The translations under genes and the position numbers were made by a program. Shown here in pieces: positions 38,192 to 48,535 of a stretch of 64,000 bases of DNA. Origin of the DNA: a virus; the IMG/VR virus record IMGVR_UViG_3300031949_000008, positions 46,228 to 110,227 of that record. One strand, 5' to 3'. Each line of letters starts with the position of its first letter. Within the stretch, counting starts at the first letter, position 1. The notes under the pieces are model-generated. The model made no database searches. It saw nothing but the letters and a program-made list of their open reading frames with translations, and was not told the DNA's origin.

Positions 38192-38941
38192 TTACCTACT
38201 TGGTTGTCCTAAATATTGTAATAAACTTTGTATAAAAGGATTAATCAGTCCTGATTCTCCTATAGGAACTGCTTTCTGATTTGATATCTTATTCATTAAT
38301 ATATCCATGAGTGAAGGAGAATAAATAGTATTTACCATATCTGGATTTGTCTTTACTTGTTCAGCTAATCTAGCTACTCTTTGTGCTTGTGGTTTCTCTT
38401 TAGCATAATTAATTTGATTATAAGGCTTTCCAAATGCTCTTTTGCTTCCTAAATTATATTCTACCACATCAGGATTTCCACCATATAATGTATTACCTAA
38501 ACCAGAATATGCCTGTAATGCTGTCATTCTATCATTAGGATATTGTTTAAACTTTTCAGCCAAAAATTTAGCCGCAAAGTCTAAGGATATCTTTCTAGAT
38601 TCATCTTCTGGTAACATAAATGCTAAATTTCCAGAATCATCGCCACCACTAAGAGCTTTCATTAAACTAGGATGCTTGCTCCAAAATACTCGTGCTGGAT
38701 TACCAGGATCAAAATTTCCTAACCCACTTTCTGACATACCTAATGCTACAAAATCAGCAGGATCAAGTCCATACTTTCTAGCTGCATTTGCAAATTCTAA
38801 AATAGTTGGTAAGTTATACCAATCGGTGTGTGTACTAGGTTTAGACTGATCAACAAACCATGTCCAATCTTGTGGATTTTCACTAACTCCTAAAACATCT
38901 GCTCGTTTTGCATTCGAAGAATTAATTTTAGATTCTGACAT
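38192..38941 (-). CDS. Lysozyme-fold / lytic transglycosylase-like protein
   Basis: AARKYGLDPADFVALGMSESG; AAKFL....., ALQAYSG. Confidence 0.6.
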   Translation of the reverse strand: MSESKINSSNAKRADVLGVSENPQDWTWFVDQSKPSTHTDWYNLPTILEFANAARKYGLDPADFVALGMSESGLGNFDPGNPARVFWSKHPSLMKALSGGDDSGNLAFMLPEDESRKISLDFAAKFLAEKFKQYPNDRMTALQAYSGLGNTLYGGNPDVVEYNLGSKRAFGKPYNQINYAKEKPQAQRVARLAEQVKTNPDMVNTIYSPSLMDILMNKISNQKAVPIGESGLINPFIQSLLQYLGQPSR

Positions 38942-40299
38942 TAAAAATATCCAGTTACTTTATTTAATCTATCAGGAGTTTTTGGTAAAAATTTATATCC
39001 TGGATGACGGTAAATTATTGGAACCATACATATATATCTAAGACTATCAATTAAATGATCATCTCGCTTTAATACTCTCTCTTTAGGATCTTTTTGATTC
39101 TTATTTCTAGCCCAATCATCCCATAGATAATGACGTAATTCTCTTTTTAGATTTACACAATTTTTAGTAATAGATAACTTTGGCTTCTTATTCTCAGAAT
39201 CAAATAATGAGTTTAATGTTAAAATACCTGCTGGAACATCTTTATCTGCATCAGTAGTATAAATACCAGAAGACATTAATTGATCTTTAATACTTTTACC
39301 AGATGTTGCTTGTACAATTTTACCAGATGTATCCATCACACTAATCTGTGGTACTCGTCCATGTAATTTCTTCTTTATTTCAGGCACAAGTTCTGTAACT
39401 GTACCTGCTTGTAATATTTCATCATATACAATATATTCATTTTCTTTATTAAAGGCTACAAATAGAATACCCCAAGGATTTCGATCATGTGGATCTATTC
39501 CAATAAATATCATATGATCATCAGTTATCTTAATAGGATCTATCATATTTTTATCAGAAAATGATTTTAATACTAATCCACTTCTAGGAATAAATTCACC
39601 CATCAAAGCAGCTTCCAAGTTATCCTTCATTGCTGGATTGGCCCTCACTGAGTCAATTTCTTTCTTTGTCACATATGGATTTTCATCAGTCCGAACATGC
39701 CAATGTTCTACTGCTGGAGGAATAGCTTCAGGATTATCATATAATTGGTCATAGAGCCAGGTTAATCCGTGAAGAGGGGTACAGGTAATAATTAATTTTC
39801 CACCAACATCAATAGTTCGCATAAAATTACTTTGAAATACATCTAAAGGTGGTTCCTCATCCATAGATACTAAATTACGAGATACACCTTCAAAGGATTC
39901 CAAATCAGATTCATAACTTTTAAATTCTATTTCTGTACCATTCTTTAATATTAAAATAGGACGTTCTTTACTACAATGACCATCCCATGCGTCAGGATAT
40001 AAAAACTTTTTAAAATAAGGTAATGCAATTCTAAAAATACCATTAAAATCTACTGTACAATATCTAATCTGTAAAGGTGGTTCTGGATAATCTAAATATG
40101 GATGAATACCCAAAGCTGCCCAACAAACTTCTCCTATATTACTATAAGTTTTTGAACTTCGCTTTCCACCTAAAATAAGTCTAGTTTTAGCTGTACTTTT
40201 ATGAAACTCAGCAATTTTAGAATTTGCTGGTTTATATTTCAGCAATTCCATATTTGCTAACTTCATAGTAGTACCATCATCAAATTGAGAAAAATCCAT
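38941..40299 (-). CDS. terL: Terminase large subunit
   Basis: GGKRSSKT Walker A, VSMDEEPP Walker B, TCTPLHG, GIDPH nuclease motif, DDHLIDSLRY. Confidence 0.95.
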   Translation of the reverse strand: MDFSQFDDGTTMKLANMELLKYKPANSKIAEFHKSTAKTRLILGGKRSSKTYSNIGEVCWAALGIHPYLDYPEPPLQIRYCTVDFNGIFRIALPYFKKFLYPDAWDGHCSKERPILILKNGTEIEFKSYESDLESFEGVSRNLVSMDEEPPLDVFQSNFMRTIDVGGKLIITCTPLHGLTWLYDQLYDNPEAIPPAVEHWHVRTDENPYVTKKEIDSVRANPAMKDNLEAALMGEFIPRSGLVLKSFSDKNMIDPIKITDDHMIFIGIDPHDRNPWGILFVAFNKENEYIVYDEILQAGTVTELVPEIKKKLHGRVPQISVMDTSGKIVQATSGKSIKDQLMSSGIYTTDADKDVPAGILTLNSLFDSENKKPKLSITKNCVNLKRELRHYLWDDWARNKNQKDPKERVLKRDDHLIDSLRYICMVPIIYRHPGYKFLPKTPDRLNKVTGYF

Positions 40300-41678
40300 T
40301 ATACACCAAAAATATGTCTAGTTTTATCATAATATGATTTAATTTCATGTGCTGATAAAGCACGATTAAATATAAGGACTTCGCCAATTTCACCTATTAG
40401 ATACTGTCCAGCCTGTGACGCCCAACTCCCAATTTCAAGAGTGGCTGCATTGGTTAAATCAATATTTCCGGCTGCAGATGAACCATCTAGACTACCGTTA
40501 GTATATGCACTACACAGATTACCAGAATAATTTCTAGTAGCTCCCAATAAAGAAAACTTATTCATGGTAATAGGTGTATTATTTGTTACGCCAACTCCTG
40601 CGGCAATTTCAAGTTGAAAGTAGGCAAGGCTTGAAATTAAATATAAGCTATACCATGCTGCCCCATCACGTTTGGTCACTAATCTATGAAGAGTCGAAGG
40701 ATATCCAGATGGTCTTACCCAAACCAATATTGTTAAATCACTTATACCAATGGTAAGACTTGCATTAGCACCACAATTTACATAATCATCCACCCCATCA
40801 AAGTACCATCCTATTCCTACTTTTGGTCTAACTTTATCTATTCTCCAGCTTGTTATCGTATTTGGATTAAATCCACTCTCAACGCTTGCCCAATTTCTCG
40901 TTGTGCCATTTAAGGCACTGACGATATGGACGGCGGTTGCGGGAGGATCGGTGACACGCTTAAAGGAGACATCGTCAGCATCTAATGAAGCAATTGTTCC
41001 GGCAATGATGTAAAATCTTCCGTTTGAAGACCCAATAATATATCCTGTTTTTAAGCCATTCCCAGTTGATAAACTAACGCGAGTTAAACTCGAAATATCC
41101 AAATTGCCTGCAACGTGATTTGAAACCGTTAGTATTCCTTTGTAGAGAGCCAAATACGTTAACAGAGCTGCATTCTGATTTAATCCATAGTTTACAGCTA
41201 CGGCAACAAAATGAGCTACCCCGACAGCTATGGTACATCCAGCATCCTTAACCCAAAATCCCGTGTCTGAAGAAAATTCCCTGTCGGCAGCATTGGTTAT
41301 AATTTCACTCCCCAACGTCTCCCCTGCCCCGACTCCAGCAAGGTAGCCGGTGGCTTTCTTGCCTGCGGCGTCGAGGACTTCAATATAGTGAGGAGTATAA
41401 CCTAAATCTGTTCCAGCAAGAGCACTTAGGTCAAGAGATGACCAGAAGAAGGCATTACCAGAGGTGAAGTCACCATAGTTATAGGTTGAGCCGATACTAG
41501 TCATCTGAGGATTACCAGCATATGGTACTGCTCCATTAATAATACCATCATTATGATTATCTGATTGATCCCAAATTTTAGATGCTTCTTTACCATATTT
41601 ATAAAATGGTAACCAAAGGACACAGCCACCTAATGACATAGGATTCCATTCATGTTTACGAGTAGATCGTCTTCTCAT
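40299..41678 (-). CDS. LamG/concanavalin A-like domain virion protein
   Basis: WDQSDNHNDG ... FDGVDDYV ... GEIGEVLIFNRALSAHEI. Confidence 0.8.
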   Translation of the reverse strand: MRRRSTRKHEWNPMSLGGCVLWLPFYKYGKEASKIWDQSDNHNDGIINGAVPYAGNPQMTSIGSTYNYGDFTSGNAFFWSSLDLSALAGTDLGYTPHYIEVLDAAGKKATGYLAGVGAGETLGSEIITNAADREFSSDTGFWVKDAGCTIAVGVAHFVAVAVNYGLNQNAALLTYLALYKGILTVSNHVAGNLDISSLTRVSLSTGNGLKTGYIIGSSNGRFYIIAGTIASLDADDVSFKRVTDPPATAVHIVSALNGTTRNWASVESGFNPNTITSWRIDKVRPKVGIGWYFDGVDDYVNCGANASLTIGISDLTILVWVRPSGYPSTLHRLVTKRDGAAWYSLYLISSLAYFQLEIAAGVGVTNNTPITMNKFSLLGATRNYSGNLCSAYTNGSLDGSSAAGNIDLTNAATLEIGSWASQAGQYLIGEIGEVLIFNRALSAHEIKSYYDKTRHIFGV

Positions 41679-41679
41679 A

Positions 41680-42171
41680 TTATTTCTCTAAATATTCTAT
41701 TGCTTTCTTTAATATTTCTATATTTTCTTTTAAATGACCTAGACCAACATTACAACTATGACACAGTATGCCACGAACAGTATTATTATAATGATTATGA
41801 TCAATACATCTTCTTGTTTCAGCTAATAAAATACCACAAATAGGACACATATGATTTTGTTGTATCAATATATTATCTACATCTTCTAAAGTTAAACCAT
41901 ATAAATGTTTAATTTGGTTTTTTCGTTGTCCTACCTTACCTTTTTCAGATAATGCATATTTACGATTTGACGCTTTTCCTGAATCTGTTTTTCTATATTT
42001 CTTTTTAATTTCTCTAGTAATTATCTTCCCTTGTTCTGTAGCATGATATCTTTTACTACATTCATCTTGACATAATTTACACCATCCATCATACCCATCT
42101 TTAGATCTAGAATGTCTATAAAACTCATCTATAGATTTTTCTATATGACATTTACTACATAGTTTAGTCAT
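41680..42171 (-). CDS. Endonuclease VII-type HNH homing endonuclease with N-terminal Zn ribbon
   Basis: KLCSKC...CKLC; CPIC...IDHNH...VRGILCHSCNVGLG. Confidence 0.85.
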   Translation of the reverse strand: MTKLCSKCHIEKSIDEFYRHSRSKDGYDGWCKLCQDECSKRYHATEQGKIITREIKKKYRKTDSGKASNRKYALSEKGKVGQRKNQIKHLYGLTLEDVDNILIQQNHMCPICGILLAETRRCIDHNHYNNTVRGILCHSCNVGLGHLKENIEILKKAIEYLEK

Positions 42172-42173
42172 AT

Positions 42174-42509
42174 CTATTTCTCAAGTTGTATCTTAATTGT
42201 TACATTAGGATCTCCAGGCCCAATATCGCCACCTGTGGTCAGGCGAACTGAATCTTCAGGAAATACATCAACATCTGTTATAAAATTATAACTAGCTGTT
42301 GGGGCTATTGTAGCTGACTGATAAAGTAATTCTCCTGTTTCTGCAAAGATATTTATATTGCCACTCACAAGAGGAGTAAAAGATCCCATTGTTCCATAAA
42401 AGCGGCATATTTTCATAGGCGAATTACTAGAATCAAATGTTACAGCAATTGCAGACGCAGCCGCACCACTTGTGATCGACGTTATAGCAACTATTCTATC
42501 TAAAATCAT
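42174..42509 (-). CDS. Hypothetical (beta-rich) protein
   Basis: ORF in operon. Confidence 0.5.
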   Translation of the reverse strand: MILDRIVAITSITSGAAASAIAVTFDSSNSPMKICRFYGTMGSFTPLVSGNINIFAETGELLYQSATIAPTASYNFITDVDVFPEDSVRLTTGGDIGPGDPNVTIKIQLEK

Positions 42510-42973
42510 TTTATTTCTTCTCCTTTAGGTGTATCTACAACTTCACCTTCAATAACATCAGGTTCTTCAATATGTGCTTTGATTATATCTCTTAATTGCT
42601 CTGGCGTTGCAGCCCCAAAAATACTTACTTGTTTCATTTCTACTTGTTCTGGTGGTTTTAAACCAGCACCATATAGGATTTCTTTATTAGCATCCAACTT
42701 AACTCGCTCATTTTCAGCATTCTCTGCTAACTGTTCTATACGAGCAAGCGCATCAGGAGCTAACATAACAAACTGAGCACGCATACCCTGTTGAATTTCT
42801 GATATAAGCTCTTTTATTTTAGGATTATCTAGTTTATGATAAGCTGTACTAGCTAAAAATTTTACTTTTTTAGCATTCTCTCCGTAGGCAAGCTTATACG
42901 CCAAAATTGCATCGCCGCTCTCCGCGTATGCTTTAGCAAATGTAATCTGATTTGGTGAGGGATTATTTGACAT
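42506..42973 (-). CDS. terS: Terminase small subunit
   Basis: PNQITFAKAY...AY..AYG...A...L.NPKI HTH pattern; upstream of terL. Confidence 0.75.
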   Translation of the reverse strand: MSNNPSPNQITFAKAYAESGDAILAYKLAYGENAKKVKFLASTAYHKLDNPKIKELISEIQQGMRAQFVMLAPDALARIEQLAENAENERVKLDANKEILYGAGLKPPEQVEMKQVSIFGAATPEQLRDIIKAHIEEPDVIEGEVVDTPKGEEIK

Positions 42974-43521
42974 ATTATATAAAGTCAGATAACTTTTCTG
43001 ATTCTTGTTTAATTTCTTTTTGTTTTTCTATTCGTTTCGATGGAGATAAAACTATCCGACAAGATGTAATCTTTCCAGGAATAGGAAGTTCAAACTTTAT
43101 TTCTTCTCTTACTGGAACACGTCCTGCGGGATCTCTATTATCTTTTACTAGACTCTTTGGGTCAATTTTAGATTTACTGACTTTGGTATGAGCTTTATGG
43201 ATAGGGAATTTAAGGTCTGCTATTTTATTACATTCCTTTCGGTATCATTTTCTTTTTCTTCATATCAGCATTCATAAGAGTATGATGAGCATCTTTACAA
43301 GGTGAGGGAGGAGCCACTGCTTTCCTTGGATCTTTAAATGTTCCATTACTTTTCTTTGCCATAATTTCTCCTTTAAATCTTACCAAACTTTATTGTAGGA
43401 AGTTTAAGTTTATGTTGCACAGGCATTTTCAGAGAGATGGAAGGATCTTTGCTTAATTTACGAGCCTTGGGCAATTTAATCTTTACTTCTTTAAAATAAG
43501 ATGTATCAGTTTTCTTAGCCA

Positions 43522-43755
43522 TTATTTATTTGGGCGCATTCTGGTTGAACCTCTATATGTCCTTTGTCCAAATCCAGTCTTTTCTCCCTTTTTACCTTCT
43601 GAATAAAAGATGGCCAAAGCCTGCCTTACATCTTCTGGTTTATGTGGATCTAATTTCTTTCCTGCTGAAGTGCGAAGTAACTTACCTTTCTCAAAACGTT
43701 TCATCTGTTCTGATACATGGACCTTCCCTTTTTCACCTAATTCTGTCTTTGCCAT
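43522..43755 (-). CDS. Small basic protein
   Basis: Lys-rich; M..F.KG.L....G......RQALAI..SE pattern. Confidence 0.55.
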   Translation of the reverse strand: MAKTELGEKGKVHVSEQMKRFEKGKLLRTSAGKKLDPHKPEDVRQALAIFYSEGKKGEKTGFGQRTYRGSTRMRPNK

Positions 43756-43823
43756 ATCTATATCTTTAAATGGAAAGGTCTGTATTTACAGACCCTCAGC
43801 GAGACGCATTCTCTGCCTCTCAT

Positions 43824-44012
43824 TTAAATTATTGGATTCTTGATACTCGTTTTTTTCTTAGCTGATCGATGTTTTATCTTTATACCTTTAGATTTATTAG
43901 GATATCTCTCTAGATCAGCTCCAGCGATATCTGGTCTTCCAATATGTGTCTGAGTATTTTCTGGTCCGCTGGTTCCTATGCCAGCATATCCTCTACCTGC
44001 TACTGTTGCCAT
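43824..44012 (-). CDS. Small basic protein
   Basis: ORF with Lys-rich tail. Confidence 0.45.
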   Translation of the reverse strand: MATVAGRGYAGIGTSGPENTQTHIGRPDIAGADLERYPNKSKGIKIKHRSAKKKTSIKNPII

Positions 44013-44019
44013 GATACCC

Positions 44020-44781
44020 TTATTCTATATGATCAGCTAGACCAAATTCTATAACTTCTTTAGCATCTAACCATAGTTCTTTTTTATCAATACGTGATTG
44101 AAGATCTGTTAGTGAGAATTTACTATGTGCAGATATATATGCATTAATATTATTTTGAATCTTTCTTAATATTTTTGCTTCTTCTTCTTTAGATGTAGGT
44201 GTCTCTACTTTAAGAAATGTAAAACTCTGTAATTCATGAAACATTGCCATTGCATTTCTATCAATATACCTATATCCAGTACTTCCTGAAACAAGAATAA
44301 TGATTCCAGCAGAAGCTGCAAGACCTTTTGCTCTAACTTCTACAATAGTTCCATTACGCTTAACATCTTCAATTAAACCTGCCATAGCTAATGCATCAAA
44401 TACTGATCCACCAAAACTGAATAAATGTATTACAAGCTTTTTTGGAGATCTAATTTTAACATATTGTAAATTTTTCCATAATGAAGAGTAATCTATATAT
44501 TCAAGGTATAAATGAATAGAATCGCCTTCTGCTCTTATTCCCTTAGCTATACTTTCCTTAAGAGCCATATCATATGTAAGTTCATTTATTTTCTTATCTT
44601 GTTCTACTTTTTCTAGATCGGATTCTATTTTCTTGATTGTTAATTCCTTGATTTTTACATCAAGGTCTGAACATTTATTCGTTATATTATTATCCTGAGC
44701 AAATGCTACTGAAAAACATGACAGCATTCCGATAGTTAAAACTATCGCTATTGCTTTCTTGAGCCAAGATTTCACATTCAT
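44020..44781 (-). CDS. ClpP-like serine protease with N-terminal signal peptide
   Basis: SFGGSVFDALA, GLAASAG (catalytic Ser), MFHE, WLDAKEVIEFGLADHI; MNVKSWLKKAIAIVLTIGMLSCFSVAFA leader. Confidence 0.8.
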   Translation of the reverse strand: MNVKSWLKKAIAIVLTIGMLSCFSVAFAQDNNITNKCSDLDVKIKELTIKKIESDLEKVEQDKKINELTYDMALKESIAKGIRAEGDSIHLYLEYIDYSSLWKNLQYVKIRSPKKLVIHLFSFGGSVFDALAMAGLIEDVKRNGTIVEVRAKGLAASAGIIILVSGSTGYRYIDRNAMAMFHELQSFTFLKVETPTSKEEEAKILRKIQNNINAYISAHSKFSLTDLQSRIDKKELWLDAKEVIEFGLADHIE

Positions 44782-45149
44782 GTTGTCTCCTTCTTCTTAC
44801 TAGATTTTTCTAAATATTCACTTGCTTTTATTAATACCTGTGAATTGTCTTTAAAATGTCCAAGACCTTTATTACATCTTCGACAAAGAATACCACGTAT
44901 TTTTCCAGTTGAATGATCATGATCTATAGCACTATTTTTAATAGTTATATTTGTATTACAAATAGGACACATATTTTCACATTTAATAAGCATTTCTTCT
45001 ATATCTTGTAATGTAAGATTATAGTGTGATTTATAATGTTTCTCTTTCTTATATACCTGATGTTCTGAATTCCATTTTCTTCTATAATCTTGAAGATACT
45101 GTTTATGAGTATCTCTCCATTGTTTTTGATATTCTTTTTTATTATACAT
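44778..45149 (-). CDS. Endonuclease VII-type HNH homing endonuclease
   Basis: CPIC...IDHDHSTGKIRGILCRRCNKGLG. Confidence 0.85.
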   Translation of the reverse strand: MYNKKEYQKQWRDTHKQYLQDYRRKWNSEHQVYKKEKHYKSHYNLTLQDIEEMLIKCENMCPICNTNITIKNSAIDHDHSTGKIRGILCRRCNKGLGHFKDNSQVLIKASEYLEKSSKKKETT

Positions 45150-45581
45150 TTTTACCTCCTATTAGGTATTGGGGGAGAATAGGCTCCCCCACTTTAGGTC
45201 ATGACTCCTAAAGTCCTAAATTTTCTTGGGATGTTTACGAACTTTTCTCTTCTTGGAAACAATTTTCCAGGACATCTCAGGTATTCTTAAACCTGGTGAG
45301 ATATTTGCTGTACTTGTTGCTCCTGTAACTACTTCAGCCATAATATGTTTCCCCAACCCCACCCTCGCCCTTTATTTATTATAGGGTTACGCTCTACTTT
45401 ATTACTTATTTATTCTTTTTACCTTTTATACTTTTAAACATTTTTAATTGCGCAATTCTCTTATCTGCAGTAGTATCAGAAGGATAGACTTTTGGAAGTA
45501 ATTTTCCAGATTCTAAACGAATTTTCCATCCACCACTTACCTTTACTTTCATAATATGCTCCTTACATATAGAGTATGTTT

Positions 45582-45878
45582 TTAGTCACGCTTTTTGCGT
45601 ATGTTTTTAATATGTTGACGAAGAGATTCCCTAGTCATATTAAGCATTTGACAGATTTCTTCACGTGTTTTACTATCTAACAAGGCGTGAAGTATTTTTC
45701 TTTCTGTTTCCGTATACTTAGACTTTTCTATAAAATCTGGCCAATTACCTGACTGTGGATTAGAAAGAAGTAGTTCTCTTTGCTCCTTATTATCTTGATT
45801 TACATACATTTCTGCTTCTGGACAGAGACAAGAACATAGAGATTTATTAGGACATTCATTACATAACATATTGATCAT
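45582..45878 (-). CDS. Sigma70 region-4/LuxR-type HTH regulator with N-terminal Cys cluster
   Basis: TETERKIL......TREEICQMLNMTRESLRQHIKNIRKK; C..C.....C...C N-terminus. Confidence 0.65.
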   Translation of the reverse strand: MINMLCNECPNKSLCSCLCPEAEMYVNQDNKEQRELLLSNPQSGNWPDFIEKSKYTETERKILHALLDSKTREEICQMLNMTRESLRQHIKNIRKKRD

Positions 45879-46132
45879 ATTGGTCTAATTAAATTAGCCC
45901 CACCTATCCTCTGTAATTTTCGTTTACGGATATAAGTTGGACAGAATACATGTCCACATCCAGGACATTCAATCCATCCATAACCAGAAAGCATTACCAA
46001 GTACTCAAAAGTACTGATTAATTTACTACAGAAGGGACAAGATGCAGTCTCTGCCTCCTTTAGCATTTCTGCCTCATCGGCCTCTAAAGCCGCAACCTCT
46101 TCTTTTTTCTTTTGAGCCATTTCTTCTGACAT
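45875..46132 (-). CDS. Zn-ribbon hypothetical protein
   Basis: CPFC...CPGC. Confidence 0.5.
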   Translation of the reverse strand: MSEEMAQKKKEEVAALEADEAEMLKEAETASCPFCSKLISTFEYLVMLSGYGWIECPGCGHVFCPTYIRKRKLQRIGGANLIRPI

Positions 46133-46537
46133 TATAATTTCTCCTTAGCAAGATCTCAATATTATAACTAGTATAAAAAGTACTATACATAAACCTATAA
46201 ATGATATTATAGTATTTATGAAACCGTCATCCCTGTGTGCCCAATAATTACATCTTGAGAGATTATATTGAATTCGTCCTGGATATATACATACCCACCA
46301 TTTAACCTTATCTATCCCTTTAAATTTATATAGTCTATTTCCACATTTAGGACATATTTTCATACTTCTTCTACCCCTATCTCAATGATTGGACAATCTT
46401 CATAGTAATACCATTTGTCTATTCTTTTCTTTAGCCAATTACACCAACATGTTCCTTCTTCAAAGAAAGGACAGTCTATGCACTTCTTATTAGGTCTAAT
46501 GGTTACTTTATTTGTGATAGCGTAACATCCTAAGATC

Positions 46538-46909
46538 TCAGTTTTCATGCTTCTTCCATTTCTTATAAACTTTGGCTAGGTCAGGTAATGCTTCAACCAA
46601 AAAGTCAGCAGCTCTAGCGCAGACTTTTGAGAATTGAGGATGATTAAATACCATTAAATAAGTATCATGCCCATGACTTAAATCATTAGAGGGTCTATAT
46701 CTACAATCAGCCCTAGTAATTACGAACTCCATAACTTCATGTAATAGAGTTTCTACTACATCTATCCATGTTCCATTAACACCAATCTTAATTATAGGTA
46801 ACTTACCTCTTTCTGGACAGAAAGTATATGAACCACCATTTCCTTCAAAAATAATGAGTTCACATTGTTCAAAACCAATATAATATGTACCAACTATTTT
46901 TTGCTTCAT
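46538..46909 (-). CDS. Hypothetical protein with HE motif (zincin-like)
   Basis: ETLLHEVME. Confidence 0.4.
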   Translation of the reverse strand: MKQKIVGTYYIGFEQCELIIFEGNGGSYTFCPERGKLPIIKIGVNGTWIDVVETLLHEVMEFVITRADCRYRPSNDLSHGHDTYLMVFNHPQFSKVCARAADFLVEALPDLAKVYKKWKKHEN

Positions 46910-47067
46910 GCGTCCACCAATATTAAACTATCTAGTTGAAATGTACTTCTATGTAATATTGCTCCGTCAAACCAAACACAATAAACTGTTTGGCCAAAAA
47001 TGTCTTCTACTGTCATTTCAGGACCACCTGTAATTTTTACTACATCTCCTACTTTTAATGGTTCCAT
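46906..47067 (-). CDS. YodC/DUF2158-like small protein
   Basis: Hand translation MEPLKVGDVVKITGGPEMTV...YCVWFDG. Confidence 0.7.
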   Translation of the reverse strand: MEPLKVGDVVKITGGPEMTVEDIFGQTVYCVWFDGAILHRSTFQLDSLILVDA

Positions 47068-47075
47068 AATTCCTC

Positions 47076-47402
47076 CTATGCTGTTGTAACTGGTGTCTTT
47101 TTCATTGCTGGCTTTTTATTTCTCTTAGGCACTAAAAAATAATATATCATAGGTGGCCATCTCTCAGCTACACACTTATCTCCAATTGTATCACCTATAA
47201 TATCCATTATAATCAAAGGAATACTCCAATCAGTGATCTTACCTACAATATAGAAACTTATCCAGGTAAATGTCTTGGTTATTAAAGATACAGGAATTAC
47301 TGTATTTCCTTTCTTTCCTATTACAGTCATAGCACTTATATTTACCAAATAAGAGGCTATGGTACTGGAGATAAAAACAATTATGATCCATAAGAGCATC
47401 AT
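47076..47402 (-). CDS. Small membrane protein
   Basis: Several hydrophobic helices. Confidence 0.5.
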   Translation of the reverse strand: MMLLWIIIVFISSTIASYLVNISAMTVIGKKGNTVIPVSLITKTFTWISFYIVGKITDWSIPLIIMDIIGDTIGDKCVAERWPPMIYYFLVPKRNKKPAMKKTPVTTA

Positions 47403-47671
47403 ACATGTTTATGCTCCATAACTGCAGCATTTAATTCTCTTGTAAAAGTTGATACTTTATTAAAGTCACCTGTAACTTCAAAGAATACTGTTTCTCGTAG
47501 AATTCGTTTATGCACATCCAAAGTTATGTTAACTTCATTATCAATGGCTAATTCTTTTAAGAATTCAGGTAGATGGGCAAATTTTGGACCTTCTATATAG
47601 GATTTTATATAACCTTCTTGTTCAATTGTGGATATATTAGAAGTTCCACTGGTACAATATGTTTCAGGCAT
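47399..47671 (-). CDS. Hypothetical protein
   Basis: ORF with RBS. Confidence 0.5.
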   Translation of the reverse strand: MPETYCTSGTSNISTIEQEGYIKSYIEGPKFAHLPEFLKELAIDNEVNITLDVHKRILRETVFFEVTGDFNKVSTFTRELNAAVMEHKHV

Positions 47672-48065
47672 GCTTTCTCTCCTTATATAACTTCTTTGTT
47701 CGCTGATATACTGATCTTAGGCTATATTCTTTATTAACAACCTGACCTGTATGTAATGTCTCGTATTCTCTATCTCTAGGATCAACATTCCCATAAACAG
47801 TCTTCCTCAATAGTTTTGCCTTCTTATCATTCATTTACGACTCCTTACCAGCTGAGGTTCCTATTACTATCCATATAGGGCGTCTTTAAAATAATTAAAT
47901 TCTGTTATCCTGTTATCAGAGTTCATGCATTCATTAGAGCAATAAGCTATCTGTAAATCTGGATTAATTAAAGCTTCTGGACTTAATGTAATAAATCTTA
48001 TAAGAAAAGGATAAATACAAGGTTTGCCACATATAACACAATTTCTATTCATAACATCTCCTACT

Positions 48066-48099
48066 TATATAAATAGTAAAATCCTTAAAGTTGTGACAT
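48066..48099. promoter_or_regulatory. Bipartite motif copy 3 at the head of the minus-strand late arm
   Basis: ATGTCACAA-N14-CTATTTATATA on the minus strand, directly followed by an AGGAG RBS and the ATG at 48052. Confidence 0.65.
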
Positions 48100-48506
48100 G
48101 ATTATAAAAATATAAAGGACGACAATGATAGGTATTACTATACATATAAGAAATATAGAAAACTATGACATGTGTCGTCCTTTTGAATAAAAAGAGCATA
48201 AGGGGTCTATAAACTACCTTTGAAATATAATTTTATAGTATACGGCACTGACACCTTTTTATGGTGATAGGTGGCCCCCCTCATGGTGTGATAGTCATAG
48301 TTTCATAGTCCATAAGGTTGATAGTATTCACAATCACAAATTATCATAACTATTTGATATGATTAATCTATCTTAGATTGCTCACCATTCCTTATGTGAA
48401 CTTCTAATTACCTTTACAGTTCAATCCTTTAGATAGTCAAATATTTTCACTTAAAAATCCAATAAATTTAATTTTCTAATAATTTCAAAGGTTTAATCCC
48501 TATCTA

Positions 48507-48535
48507 TTGACAAAAACATTGTTATTTTTTATAAT
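48507..48535 (+). promoter_or_regulatory. Consensus sigma70 early promoter
   Basis: TTGACA-17 nt-TATAAT, perfect consensus at the start of the plus-strand arm. Confidence 0.85.

Noticed and set aside
38941-40299. Intein or intron in terminase or portal
   Set aside because: Lengths are normal and motifs continuous; no intein C-terminal HN motif or group I core was seen
3264-45211. Plus-strand ORFs opposite the structural genes (for example 10633-11157, 27980-28474, 38442-38849)
   Set aside because: They are antisense shadows of long minus-strand genes, with no RBS or recognisable motifs
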